This document shows, piece by piece, positions 7,673-17,797 of a stretch of 64,000 bases of DNA. The number at the start of each line of letters is the position of its first letter. The stretch's first letter is position 1. The stretch covers positions 84,499-148,498 of the forward strand of contig JAVRCJ020000021.1 in the NCBI GenBank assembly GCA_034530875.2, read 5' to 3'. This DNA is from Nostoc sp. DedSLP01 (GTDB lineage: Bacteria > Cyanobacteriota > Cyanobacteriia > Cyanobacteriales > Nostocaceae). Made by a program: the position numbers and the translations under genes. The notes under the pieces were generated by a model. It ran no database searches, had not been told where the DNA came from, and saw only the letters and a program-made list of their open reading frames with translations.

Positions 7673-10012
7673 CTATAATTTCTGGAATTTTTTGCTGATA
7701 AAGATAAATATAGTACTACTCAGTAGCAAAGAAATCATTGGTGGTACTAAGGGTATCCAGCCGCCTTGAGTTAATAGAATTAAGCAAAATCCAAATAACG
7801 TAACTGATGCTGCGATTACAGAAATACTGATGTAAGCTATTTTGCGAAGATACCAAGCTAGTAGGCTACCTGTCAAAGACCATACCCAAACCCAGCAAAT
7901 ATCAGCCCATTGCCTCCAAACCCATAACATGGGTCTTTGGTCTAAAGCAGCACTGAGTATTTCACTGACCATTTGTGCCTGAATTATTACGCCTGGAATG
8001 ATATCTGAAGGGTTTTTTCCATCTGGTGTATACCAGTAATCGCTACTACTGTTACTGGTGACGCCAATCAGAATAATCCGGTTTTTCAGGGCATTTGGAT
8101 TAACTTGTCCGTTCAAGACTTGGCTGAGGGTGACTTGGGGTGCGATCGCTTGCACGGAGGGCGAAAAACGGTAATTTAGTAAAATCTGACTACCTTGGGC
8201 ATCTATGGACTGATAACCGCCAGCCCGATTTTGTAACTGTGGGAAAGTTTTATTTCCCAGTTGCAAATCCCAATTTTCGGTAAATTTGGCTGTAATTCCC
8301 TGTTTTTTCAAGTAGAGAAATGCTAGCTGCACGCTAAAGGCAGAAGCAGCAGTACAAGTTGACGAAATTGGGTTGGGAGTCATCGCCAACAAATGACGGC
8401 GCAGTACGCTATCGTTGTCTTCCACAAAATCGCTAAAACCTAACCGTGTTTCTGGTATTTCCGGCGGGGGTGCAATGCCTGTGGGGTCGTATTTGGGATC
8501 GGCACGTTTACAAATTGCAAAAAAGCGATCGCTTTTTTGCATCCGCTTGGCTAGTTCTGGGTAGTTGGCGCTGACTGGAAAATCTCGGTATATATCTAAA
8601 CCTATAGCTGCTGGCTGGTATTGTTCCAGTTTAGTTAGTAAGAGATTGAAATACTTGTCGGATAACGAACCTTGCCGCGGTTCTTGTCCTTGCGCTTGAA
8701 TATCCTGGTCGGTGACAGTTATTACCAAAAGCCGCGAGTCCGGTTGTTCTTTTGGTCGCAGTTGCATTAATTGGTCGAATGCATCTAATTCTAGGGCTTG
8801 CAGCCCACCGAATAACCGTATGAATACGACAATTAAACTCACGCTGAAGCTATTAAAAAAAACTAGCGGTAACTGCCTCAAATTCGGACGCGGCAGATAT
8901 AAACCCAACCTCTGACCGCAGATATCCTGCCAAGTGGGGGAAATTTCTGCTGGGTTTTGGCAAATCACAGGTAGCCAAGTAGCGCAGGGAAAATCATGTT
9001 CTAGAGATTGTAATCTTTCTCTGGCTTCCCTAACGGCTGCATATAAAGTTTTACCCTGGGAAAAAAGTGCCAAAAAGTGCTTCAAAAATTCCTGTGCTAC
9101 CCCGTCTGGTACGGGTTCGCGCATGACAATTACCTGGGGTAAATGCAAATCGGCTAAATCTTGCGCTAATCCCAAACCATCGCAAGAGTTAAAAATTGCT
9201 AATTGCAAACCTTGAGCGATCGCCTTTTGTAAACCATACTTTAATTGGTCAATAGTTAAACTTTCCCCAGAATTGAGCATCATTCGCCCTTTGCCTTGGC
9301 TGGAACTATGCCCCGCAAAAAAAAGAATGTCCCAGCCTGACTTCCATAATTGTTCTGTGAGTTGGGAACGGTTGGGTTCGACTAAAAACTTGAGTTCCGT
9401 ATGAGGTAATTGTCGCAGTAAATTTTGGTCTTTTTCGATATCGATACCGTGGCGATCGCCTAAAATTGCTAAAATCCTGACTTTACCTTTACTCTTTTGA
9501 GGATTTGTCTTCACAGAACGCGTATATTCTGGCGGACTCAGGGCAATTTCAGCTTGTGGATAATCGCTAAAAAAATGCCACAGACACCAAGGAAGCTTTA
9601 AAACCTGCTCAGATTCAGCAGTAATTATGCAGCGGATTTCTTCTTTTGGTGAAAGTTGAGTGCGTAGTTTGCGGTCAATATTGAGAAACAGCGAACTATT
9701 TAGCCATGTATTTAGACTGTCTTGTAATTCTTGGCAGAGGTTGTCAAACTCTGCTTGGGAAATATGCGTAACATCTTCTTCATCAATTTCAAAGTCTGCA
9801 ATATTGCCACTGCGCCAACCCAAACTAGCATACAAAGCTGTATACATTTGTTGCCAACGTTGATAAAGATACTCCAATTGTGGTGCAGCAGGCAATCCAC
9901 CTGTAAACTGCATGGGAGTAGGAGTATCCGTTTGCCAAAGTTGAGCTGTGACCGTGGGAAAGCCTTGGCGTAAGTTTCCTTTTCCTAAGTTAAGGACGAT
10001 TTGTTTACTCAT
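7673..10012 (-). CDS. CHAT protease - TM - CHASE2 sensor - 3 TM receptor
   Basis: N-terminal CHAT with FFAGHSSS and AIFNSCDG. After one TM comes CHASE2 (DSRLLVITVTDQDI, AIGLDIYRD, PGVIIQAQMVSEIL), then three C-terminal TM helices and no further domain. Confidence 0.88.
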   Translation of the reverse strand: MSKQIVLNLGKGNLRQGFPTVTAQLWQTDTPTPMQFTGGLPAAPQLEYLYQRWQQMYTALYASLGWRSGNIADFEIDEEDVTHISQAEFDNLCQELQDSLNTWLNSSLFLNIDRKLRTQLSPKEEIRCIITAESEQVLKLPWCLWHFFSDYPQAEIALSPPEYTRSVKTNPQKSKGKVRILAILGDRHGIDIEKDQNLLRQLPHTELKFLVEPNRSQLTEQLWKSGWDILFFAGHSSSQGKGRMMLNSGESLTIDQLKYGLQKAIAQGLQLAIFNSCDGLGLAQDLADLHLPQVIVMREPVPDGVAQEFLKHFLALFSQGKTLYAAVREARERLQSLEHDFPCATWLPVICQNPAEISPTWQDICGQRLGLYLPRPNLRQLPLVFFNSFSVSLIVVFIRLFGGLQALELDAFDQLMQLRPKEQPDSRLLVITVTDQDIQAQGQEPRQGSLSDKYFNLLLTKLEQYQPAAIGLDIYRDFPVSANYPELAKRMQKSDRFFAICKRADPKYDPTGIAPPPEIPETRLGFSDFVEDNDSVLRRHLLAMTPNPISSTCTAASAFSVQLAFLYLKKQGITAKFTENWDLQLGNKTFPQLQNRAGGYQSIDAQGSQILLNYRFSPSVQAIAPQVTLSQVLNGQVNPNALKNRIILIGVTSNSSSDYWYTPDGKNPSDIIPGVIIQAQMVSEILSAALDQRPMLWVWRQWADICWVWVWSLTGSLLAWYLRKIAYISISVIAASVTLFGFCLILLTQGGWIPLVPPMISLLLSSTIFIFISKKFQKL

Positions 10013-10193
10013 AATTTATGTCACGCAGAGACGCTCCAGACGCAGAGAGTAAGAGTTGAGGAGAGTTTATTTTTGAGTTTCTGAGCAACGTCAAAACTCT
10101 TTATCCTCTTTGCGCCTCTCTCTTGAAAAGTTCAGATCGCCGGAAGCCGGCGCTCCGACTTTTCGCTGCGTCTCTGCGTGAAACAATACCCAT

Positions 10194-11339
10194 TTAACTT
10201 TCAAACTCCTCCATAAAATTGAAATCATCTAAAACAACCTGAAGACTAAACCGTGTATTTTGAGGACATTTAAATCGTTTGAGTTGAATTGAATTATCTG
10301 TTTCCCTTGCTTGCACTGACTGCACAATTTCTCCGGAAGCAGAAATCAATGCCAAACTAATATTTCTAGGGAGATAGAAATTGCGTTCTTTAGGATACAG
10401 TTGAGCGCGGATTCCTACTCTACCATCTATTTCTGCCGTCAATGTCAACATTAACACTACAGCTTGATTGTTATTTGGTAACTCAATTTCCCTAACTCGT
10501 TGGATTGACTGCTCAGCTGTATCGTTAACCTGACGGAAGCTAAAGGCAAAATCTGGTTGCGTACCCAAGTAACTTTCTATTGTTTGCCAGCTATCTGCAA
10601 CTATATTTTGCAACCACTGACGCAAGTTAACAAGTGCTGGCTTCTGTGTAGTAAATCTTTGCGGCCAGTCTTCCCTATTTAATAAGGCTCCCCAAATTTC
10701 AAAAGGCAATTCCAAGCGAGGATTAGTAATTGTTGGACTTGTTAATCTTTGCCAGAGATTTTCTACTTGAGTAGCTGATAAAACAGGTAAAGGAGCCAGA
10801 GCTGTTTGTGTTTGTTCTTCAGGATATAGTTGACGTACTACCCAAAGCACATTTAAATCCTCAATCATTTGAGTAGCATCTAATGAGTAAGTCCGTTCTT
10901 GGTAATCGTAGCTACCTTGATTTTTTAATTGTTCGTGGGTAGTATAGCCCCAAATTCTCATCCACTCACCATCGGGATTAACTTGTACTGCTAAATAATA
11001 ATCTCCTACCCATCGAGGAATATCTATCCATTCTTGGGGTACAGAAAATTCTCTAGTTTCTAAACTTTTATCTGGAATTAAAATTAAACGTTTTGTATCG
11101 ATATTTATAGCAGTGCCGTTGACCAATTCCCAACTGATTGGCAATGTGTCAATAGTAGCTTCTGGTACGTATTCTGCTTGCAACCAAGGCAAAAAAGTAC
11201 TGAGGCATACTTGATTGAGAAAAACATTCCAACGGCTACGGGGACTAACGCTAGACTGGCTTTGCTGCCAAGATTGATTTTGAACTTCAGGAGATACCTC
11301 CAACCACAGCTGAGTCGGGGGAACACAAAATGATGACAT
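10194..11339 (-). CDS. DUF1822-family protein
   Basis: Motifs WELVNGTAI, VPQEWIDIP.W.GDYYLAVQV, IWGYTTH and VNLRQWLQN, with a beta-rich C-terminal domain. Confidence 0.8.
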   Translation of the reverse strand: MSSFCVPPTQLWLEVSPEVQNQSWQQSQSSVSPRSRWNVFLNQVCLSTFLPWLQAEYVPEATIDTLPISWELVNGTAINIDTKRLILIPDKSLETREFSVPQEWIDIPRWVGDYYLAVQVNPDGEWMRIWGYTTHEQLKNQGSYDYQERTYSLDATQMIEDLNVLWVVRQLYPEEQTQTALAPLPVLSATQVENLWQRLTSPTITNPRLELPFEIWGALLNREDWPQRFTTQKPALVNLRQWLQNIVADSWQTIESYLGTQPDFAFSFRQVNDTAEQSIQRVREIELPNNNQAVVLMLTLTAEIDGRVGIRAQLYPKERNFYLPRNISLALISASGEIVQSVQARETDNSIQLKRFKCPQNTRFSLQVVLDDFNFMEEFES

Positions 11340-11341
11340 AA

Positions 11342-12559
11342 CTACTGCTCCTTTGAGGGCTGAGGTTGCAAATTACTGAAATAATTTTGTAACCATTCCT
11401 CTAATACTGCACTAATATGTTTAACCACGTTGGAAGTCGGAGAAATATGCATTGTTTCTTGACTCCATTTGGCGATCGCTAGTAATAAAGATTCTCTCGT
11501 TTTCGCCAATTGCCGCGATACTTGATATTGCTGGATTTGCTGTTGTTTGGCAATTTGTTGTTGAGTCAGACCTTGTTGATAGTACAATTGCAGCAATTCT
11601 TGCGATTGTGGAGGCAACTTTCCCAAGGTAGTAATTAATAAATTCTGGATTTCTTGTTGTTGATTTTTTTGAGTTTCCGCTTCTTCTTTAGCGATTAAAT
11701 CTGCCAGTAAAGATTCATTTTGAGTAGTATCTGGTAAATCATCTTGTAATTCACTATCAGCTTGACCTGTTTTCGGCGCGTTGAGTGAAGAAACCACAGG
11801 ATATAAATAAGAACGTGCGTGTTTTGCGGATAACAGCAGCCATTTTTCTAGAGTTTGGGCGTTGGATTCTGTGCTTGGTGGGTTAAGTTGCGTTAAGCGG
11901 TCGCGGTTGTAGAGTTGAGCAATTGCTTCCCAGGTATCTTGGTTTGGTCTTTGCAACTTCCGCACACCTGGCGATTTCCCCAAAATGTAACCATCGACAA
12001 AACATTTCCAAGCTAACAAGTAACAAGCAATAGTTTCATCTGTTAGCCCAGCATTTTGCAAAGATTCCTGTAGTCGTTTGCGGCTTAACTTCAGTAATAA
12101 TGCCCAATCGTTACAAAAATCTATTTCTTGTTTTTGCCGCAAAGCATCACGAATTACATTGCCAAAAGCCACATTGCTGTAGCTTTTGAGACTGGCTTTT
12201 TGGTCAGGATCGCAGGCTTTGAGGATTTTTGGTAGTTCTGCGATCGCTATTTGAAAACAATCAGACAAGGTACACTGGACGCTAGCAATTTGAGGAATCG
12301 TCCTTGTTGCTGACCAATAACAAGTTTCTTGCAAATAAGCTGATAGATGTGCCTCAGCTAGAGAGTTAGGCTGATTTTGCCAATTTTTATGCCAGTAAAT
12401 TGCCCAAAAATTTTCTGAGTTTTTCGTTTCTGATATCTGTAGCAAGCGATTTTGGATACTGCGCCGTAGTTTGGCATCATATACCCAACAGTTAAAGCGA
12501 TCGGCTTCAAATTGAATAAAGGTTGAAAATATTTCTAAGATTTTCTGGCGAGGACGCAT
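11342..12559 (-). CDS. Sigma-70 family (HetZ-related) RNA polymerase sigma-like factor
   Basis: Likely start MRPRQKILEIFSTF. HLSAYLQETCYW, a region-2-like DCFQIAI..L..I and a region-4 HTH LLQLYYQQGLTQQQIAK...QYQVSRQL. Confidence 0.8.
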   Translation of the reverse strand: MRPRQKILEIFSTFIQFEADRFNCWVYDAKLRRSIQNRLLQISETKNSENFWAIYWHKNWQNQPNSLAEAHLSAYLQETCYWSATRTIPQIASVQCTLSDCFQIAIAELPKILKACDPDQKASLKSYSNVAFGNVIRDALRQKQEIDFCNDWALLLKLSRKRLQESLQNAGLTDETIACYLLAWKCFVDGYILGKSPGVRKLQRPNQDTWEAIAQLYNRDRLTQLNPPSTESNAQTLEKWLLLSAKHARSYLYPVVSSLNAPKTGQADSELQDDLPDTTQNESLLADLIAKEEAETQKNQQQEIQNLLITTLGKLPPQSQELLQLYYQQGLTQQQIAKQQQIQQYQVSRQLAKTRESLLLAIAKWSQETMHISPTSNVVKHISAVLEEWLQNYFSNLQPQPSKEQ

Positions 12560-12734
12560 GAATTCAAAAGGATAAACCTTCAAAAACAAGTATACTTGTT
12601 ACTTTCGCTCGTGAGTTCGCTAGGCCATCTCATGTCCAGTTGCAGAGGTTCGTGAAGACTGACACGGAGAGTATGAATCCAAATGTAGAGACGTTGCAAT
12701 GCAACGTCTCTCCGATTTACCCGTGAAAAATGCC

Positions 12735-13103
12735 TTACAACTTCCGCATATTTTGACTGATGGGGTCAAAACCTTTAGAAAAGCGGGTACTTTCATCGTA
12801 ATAAGCACCAGTCAAATCTGCTCCATACAACTTGGCATATTTGAGTTTGGCTCCCCGAAGATTTGCTTCATTAAGTTTGACACCACTCAAATTTGCTCTG
12901 GTCAAATTTGCTCTGGCTAAATTAGCTCTACTCAAATCTGCTCCCCAGAGTTTGGCTTTAGCTAGATTAGCTCCAGTCAAATCAGATCCCCATAAATTAA
13001 TTCCAGGAAAGTGGACTCCAATCAACCTGTACCGACTCAAGTTGAGGGCTGGAAAATATCTTTCCCCTGCGGCATAACGCCTTTTCAATTCCTCAGCATC
13101 CAT
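12735..13103 (-). CDS. Pentapeptide repeat protein
   Basis: MDAEELKRRYAAGER N-terminus followed by A(N/D/K)Lxx repeats. Confidence 0.9.
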   Translation of the reverse strand: MDAEELKRRYAAGERYFPALNLSRYRLIGVHFPGINLWGSDLTGANLAKAKLWGADLSRANLARANLTRANLSGVKLNEANLRGAKLKYAKLYGADLTGAYYDESTRFSKGFDPISQNMRKL

Positions 13104-13416
13104 GCATCACATTCACCTTTTTCAGTAATACAGAAGTAATTTGTTCCCATTCTTGATTTAACCCTCCTGCAAACTCTTGCTGGCCGCTGCGCCGATACCA
13201 GTAACGCGCGTTGTTCAAATCGCCTTCTTTGCGGTGCAGGTAAGCATGAACCCAAGCACTATCACTATCGCTGGCATTTTGAACTATTTCATGAGCTTTA
13301 CTCCAATCACCTTTTTGGTCATGCCACATTGCTTGCAGCGCTTTTGGCAATGTCTGAGGACATGGGCGCTGTTTTTCCATCAATCGCAAGAATTCTTCTG
13401 TATTCACGATCGCCAC
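13093..13416 (-). CDS. Conserved hypothetical protein
   Basis: Motif AWVHAYLHRKEGDLNNARYWYRR; overlaps the start of the pentapeptide gene. Confidence 0.8.
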   Translation of the reverse strand: MAIVNTEEFLRLMEKQRPCPQTLPKALQAMWHDQKGDWSKAHEIVQNASDSDSAWVHAYLHRKEGDLNNARYWYRRSGQQEFAGGLNQEWEQITSVLLKKVNVMHGC

Positions 13417-13461
13417 CCAACGAAAATCAAACTTCTATTTCTAAGATACTCCTCAGGGGGG

Positions 13462-13592
13462 TAGGGGAAGCAGGAGGTGTGGGAGGTGTGGGAGGTGTGG
13501 GAGGATGGGGAAGAAATCTTTCCCCCCACACTCCCCCATCTCCTCATCTCCCCATCTCCCCACCCCTCCTGCTTCCCCAATGCCCAATGCCC
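13462..13592. repeat. STRR-type short tandem repeat cluster
   Basis: GGGAGGTGT x3 and CCCCATCT / CCCAATG units. A similar element lies at 59800-59890. Confidence 0.8.
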
Positions 13593-13594
13593 TT

Positions 13595-14194
13595 TCATAT
13601 CCGCTTGACTGGAATAACTTCAAACTCGAAAGTATTAATTAAACGGTCATTAACATAGACCTCTATTTTATATTTACCAAGCGGATCGCCAGGAGCGATC
13701 GTCCAAAAATTCTCGATAGTGCCGTCGGGAGCAGACTCTGTGCGCCGCGTGGTAGATGTAGTACCATCTGCTGAAATTGAGAAGTCTTCGCCATTATCTG
13801 TACCCCAAGTTTGTGGAGGTTTTGGCAAACGTAAGACTTCGCGCCACTTAACTTCACCTTGGTAATCTTTCAGTTTCATTCGCCACCCGTAAGCGATTCC
13901 TTCCTGGAGTGGCACTGTTTTTGTCTGCAAAATGGTAACGTTACCTTTGGCGTCAACTCTCTTCAACCCGAACTCAGCGTTACTGATAATAATCGGTTTG
14001 CTATTTCTTGGTGCAAGCGTAGGTGTAGGAAATGGTGTGATATTTTGTACAACAATAGAATTAGCGTTGATTGGCTTAGAAGTTATGATTCCAAATATTA
14101 GCCAAGAAGCAGCTAGCACAGCAGTAGTAGCCAAAATTCTCATGAGTATGGTTTTCCTGTCAGACGTTTGGTACTTATTCAAGTAATCTGACAT
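13595..14194 (-). CDS. Hypothetical exported protein (Ig-like)
   Basis: Hydrophobic N-terminal segment and a beta-rich domain ending WTIAPGDPLGKYKIEVYVN. Confidence 0.7.
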   Translation of the reverse strand: MSDYLNKYQTSDRKTILMRILATTAVLAASWLIFGIITSKPINANSIVVQNITPFPTPTLAPRNSKPIIISNAEFGLKRVDAKGNVTILQTKTVPLQEGIAYGWRMKLKDYQGEVKWREVLRLPKPPQTWGTDNGEDFSISADGTTSTTRRTESAPDGTIENFWTIAPGDPLGKYKIEVYVNDRLINTFEFEVIPVKRI

Positions 14195-14446
14195 ATTTTC
14201 CGGCTCAAAGATACTTCTAATTCGACAAAATACTTTTCCTAACTACTAGCAATGGCAATAATATAAACCTATATTCAGAACGCTATTCTCAATCCAAAAT
14301 CTAAAATCCGTCTTGAAAAGTTTGAATCAATGTTTCCTTTGCATTGGGTTAACAGCTTGGTTGCATAAAAACAACCTACTGTTTTTAATTTAGAGTTTTA
14401 ATGATGTTATAGTAATAATTATTACAAATATTTTATACACTTCAAA

Positions 14447-15127
14447 ATGTCTATTTTTAATTCTTTAAAAAAATTACTAATAATTTTGGTATATTTTGGA
14501 ATGACAGGTACTTCATTTGCTTCTGAAGATTCAAAATGTCAAGTAATGGGTTACTTGTTTCTCAAAAAAAATTACTACAATAAAAATATTTCTAATTTTT
14601 TGGTAATAAATGAAATTCGTACCCCTAAAATAATAAATCGCGTTATGCAAGACTTAAAACTAAGTAATATTAATGCTCAGTCTATTTCACCAGAAGAGTT
14701 GATGATAAATTTGAAGGTTGAAAAGCTTCAAAGTCTTGAATATAGCGAGATTTTCAAGATTTCATATTCCCATACAGATTTGAATTTAGCAGCAGAAGTT
14801 ATTAAGAGTGTAATGCACAACTATATTGAAGAATCTACGCTTCAATTTAAACAAAAAGCTCCAATCTCAAAAAGATTAATTGAAAATGATTTAGTTGTAA
14901 AAAAAGAACAAATAAGGATTGTCCAACAAGAACTTAGGAAGTTATGCGAATCGAGATATCCAAATAAAAACCAAATGTCTAAGTATTCAACTAATTTAAA
15001 CCAGCTTCATATAGAATATGCAAATTTATTGACTAGGTTGCAAGAAATAATTGTTGCAGAAAATCAATCACTTGGAAACAAGTTTATCGACAGAAAATGC
15101 TCAAATTCTCGTTCTAGCAGATTATAA
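14447..15127 (+). CDS. Hypothetical protein resembling the Wzz/GumC periplasmic segment
   Basis: Signal-like N-terminus, ISYSHTDLNLAAEVIKSVMHNY followed by a coiled coil; very AT-rich. Confidence 0.55.
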   Translation: MSIFNSLKKLLIILVYFGMTGTSFASEDSKCQVMGYLFLKKNYYNKNISNFLVINEIRTPKIINRVMQDLKLSNINAQSISPEELMINLKVEKLQSLEYSEIFKISYSHTDLNLAAEVIKSVMHNYIEESTLQFKQKAPISKRLIENDLVVKKEQIRIVQQELRKLCESRYPNKNQMSKYSTNLNQLHIEYANLLTRLQEIIVAENQSLGNKFIDRKCSNSRSSRL

Positions 15128-15263
15128 ATATAATAAATAATTAGTTGACTCCAAAATAAAAAATATTGTGAGCCAGGATTACAGTTAATTATAAGCTGCT
15201 AAAAATTAAAAGCAAAAACTAGCAGATGACTTAATGAAAACTAGTTTGGTTTCTACAATTCTA

Positions 15264-15860
15264 TTAATGAATAATAGATTTTGAGTTAGAATTAATCATG
15301 TTTGATGCATCACAACCTTTTTCAATCGTGTGATAACTTCTTCGCCATTTTTCTAGATAATCTATAGATATCGATCTAGATGTCACATTCACCCCATTTC
15401 CTCGCCAAGCCACTTCTGGATCTGTTGTGAAAACGCCGCATTCTAAGTGATCCAGCCTAATATTCCAATATTCACTAAAACGGCCTTTTAAAGTAATAAC
15501 TTGCTCAAATACCTTATTTCTGTGTTTATTTCTTCTTTTTCTTTCTGTTGCTCCTGTTGCTTCTGTATCAATAAATTTAGTTTCAATTAAAAACAAAGTA
15601 CCTTTATACGTCAGGTAAACAAAATCGCACTTTCCTAAATCTGTATAATCAGATATTGGCGATTTTTCAAATAACAATAATTCAGCGCACGAGGGAAACA
15701 AGTCTTTAATATTCAAAAATAAATAAGCTTGCAACAGGAGTTCTTTATCATAAGGAAATAACAGCACCCCTTCAAAAAATTTCTTAATGTCCTCGTGAGT
15801 TTGGGGTTGAATTCTTTTGCAGTATGAAACAAATTTATGTAGCTCGTTAACGGTCATCAA
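15264..15860 (-). CDS. Hypothetical protein with a PD-(D/E)xK-like nuclease motif
   Basis: E...GKCDFVYL...LFLIETK pattern followed by a helix containing EQ. Confidence 0.6.
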   Translation of the reverse strand: MMTVNELHKFVSYCKRIQPQTHEDIKKFFEGVLLFPYDKELLLQAYLFLNIKDLFPSCAELLLFEKSPISDYTDLGKCDFVYLTYKGTLFLIETKFIDTEATGATERKRRNKHRNKVFEQVITLKGRFSEYWNIRLDHLECGVFTTDPEVAWRGNGVNVTSRSISIDYLEKWRRSYHTIEKGCDASNMINSNSKSIIH

Positions 15861-16058
15861 GTTTTAACTCCTTCCCCCTGTCGCAGCCTCAAGGCCTATG
15901 GCATAAAAAGATACCATCTACTTCAGAAAAATTTCATCCGCATAAGTAACTAAAAAAACTTGCAAAATCGTAAATACTTAAGGCAATCTACTGTTGACAG
16001 TCGAGTAAAACTGCTAACTAAATAGCTTTCAGTACTGCTGGAATTTTTACTTTTTAAA

Positions 16059-17411
16059 TCAGCTACCAGTCAGTGATTTTATATGAGCAGAAAATCTAGC
16101 GTTTTGTAAAGCTTGAACGGTGATTCTAGAATCTTGTACGCAAAATTGCCAACCCAAGCGAACAAGTTTACGCGAATTTTCAGTTTGAATAATTCCGATA
16201 ACTGGCATTTTTGCCTTTTCTTTATCTGGTGAATGCTCTTGCAAAATTGTTTTTAAGCGATGTAATTCTTCGATATTAACTGCTTGCTGGGGATTTAATT
16301 CGACCATCACCATTTGTACTGTTTCCACTGGTTCTGCATCTTCAAGAATAAATTGAGTTTGCTCATCACGTCGGTCTACTTTTCCCCAAACAATTAATCT
16401 AGTATCAACTTGCAGTAGCGAGCTAATACGTTCGTAGATTTTGGGAAAAACTACCGCTTCTACTTGTGTAGTTAAGTCTTCTATTTGTAAAATTGCCATC
16501 GGGTCGCCTTTTTTAGTAACGACTTTTTTGACATTATTCAACATGACAACTGCACAAAGTCTTGTATCGTCCCTTTGTTCGCCAAGCTGTGAAAGGTTAA
16601 TCGGGGTCAAAAGTGGTGCTATTTGCCGTAAAGATTTTAGTGGATGATCTGATACATAAAAGCCTAATAGTTCCTTCTCCATTTGTAATTTTTTCTGTGG
16701 AGGAAAATCCAGCACAGGTTTAGCTTTAGGAGCAATTTCAAAGGCATTATTTGCTCTTTTATTTGGAGTTGCAGAAAATCCGTCGCCTAATAAATCAAAA
16801 AGATTCCCTTGACCGCTGGCTCTATCTTTAGCGCGAGATTGTGCCCAATCATATACTAATTCTAAGTCATTAATCAATTGTTGGCGGTTGGGTTCAAGTT
16901 TATCAAATGCTCCACAGTAAATGAGCGATTCGAGAGTCCGGCGGTTAACTGCACGTAAATCCACGCGATCGCAAAAATCAGCTAAAGACTTAAACTCTCC
17001 TCCTTCATTTCTGGCTGATAAAATATTGGCGATCGCATTTTGTCCTACATTACGTACCGCCGAAAATCCAAACAAAATCTTTCCTGCTGTCGGTGTAAAA
17101 TCAACACCAGAACGGTTAATATCTGGCGGATCTATGGGGATACCCATATTTGTACAGTTAGTGATATATTTCTGTACTTTATCTGTATCGCCACTGTTAG
17201 CCGTTAACAGTGCCGCCATATATTCCAATGGATAATTAGCTTTTAAATATGCTGTTTGATAAGTTACATAACCGTAGGCAGTAGAATGGGATTTATTGAA
17301 ACAATTGGAAGCAATTAAACCATTTGCGATCGCAAAATTATGGTCGCGTTCTACCCCAATATCATAGACATTTTGTCTGCCTAAATATTTGCGTGTCACT
17401 ATTTTTACCAT
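16059..17411 (-). CDS. dnaE: DNA polymerase III alpha, C-terminal part, with split intein C-fragment
   Basis: 36-aa IntC MVKIVTRKYLGRQNVYDIGVERDHNFAIANGLIASN, then extein CFNKSHSTAY and an OB-fold C-terminus. Confidence 0.97.
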   Translation of the reverse strand: MVKIVTRKYLGRQNVYDIGVERDHNFAIANGLIASNCFNKSHSTAYGYVTYQTAYLKANYPLEYMAALLTANSGDTDKVQKYITNCTNMGIPIDPPDINRSGVDFTPTAGKILFGFSAVRNVGQNAIANILSARNEGGEFKSLADFCDRVDLRAVNRRTLESLIYCGAFDKLEPNRQQLINDLELVYDWAQSRAKDRASGQGNLFDLLGDGFSATPNKRANNAFEIAPKAKPVLDFPPQKKLQMEKELLGFYVSDHPLKSLRQIAPLLTPINLSQLGEQRDDTRLCAVVMLNNVKKVVTKKGDPMAILQIEDLTTQVEAVVFPKIYERISSLLQVDTRLIVWGKVDRRDEQTQFILEDAEPVETVQMVMVELNPQQAVNIEELHRLKTILQEHSPDKEKAKMPVIGIIQTENSRKLVRLGWQFCVQDSRITVQALQNARFSAHIKSLTGS

Positions 17412-17659
17412 CCTACCCCCCTCGTAGAAGCAAATTCCGCAAACAAAATTAATTGGTAATAATGATGAAAATTGTAGATTGAGTATTACTGATAATACAA
17501 GTCCTCAACAAACAAAACATTGATATACTCTTACACAAAATTAATCACAATATATCAAAAGTTTAATAAACAAATAACCAAACAGTTAATAGCTATATAA
17601 CTGAGGTTTTAAAGACACATTAAACATATTTCAATATATAGGAATCTGCTTAGTCCGGG

Positions 17660-17702
17660 CATTAGTCATTAGTCATTAAGTCATCAGTCATTAGTCATTA
17701 GT
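17660..17702. repeat. STRR heptamer repeat (CATTAGT)
   Basis: Tandem CATTAGT-like units; the same family occurs at 39767-39820 and 52546-52650. Confidence 0.8.
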
Positions 17703-17797
17703 TTTCCCCTGCCTCCTGCCCTCTGCCCCCAATACCCCATACCCAATCAAGTCAATATGTACTAAAATCAAGGACTTGAGTCACAAAGAGAGCAGTC

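Noticed and set aside
14362..14395. TGCATAAAA upstream of the 14447 ORF as a third copy of the shared motif
   Set aside because: Only the TGCATAAA part matches; the CGTGTAAC half and the dyad are missing.
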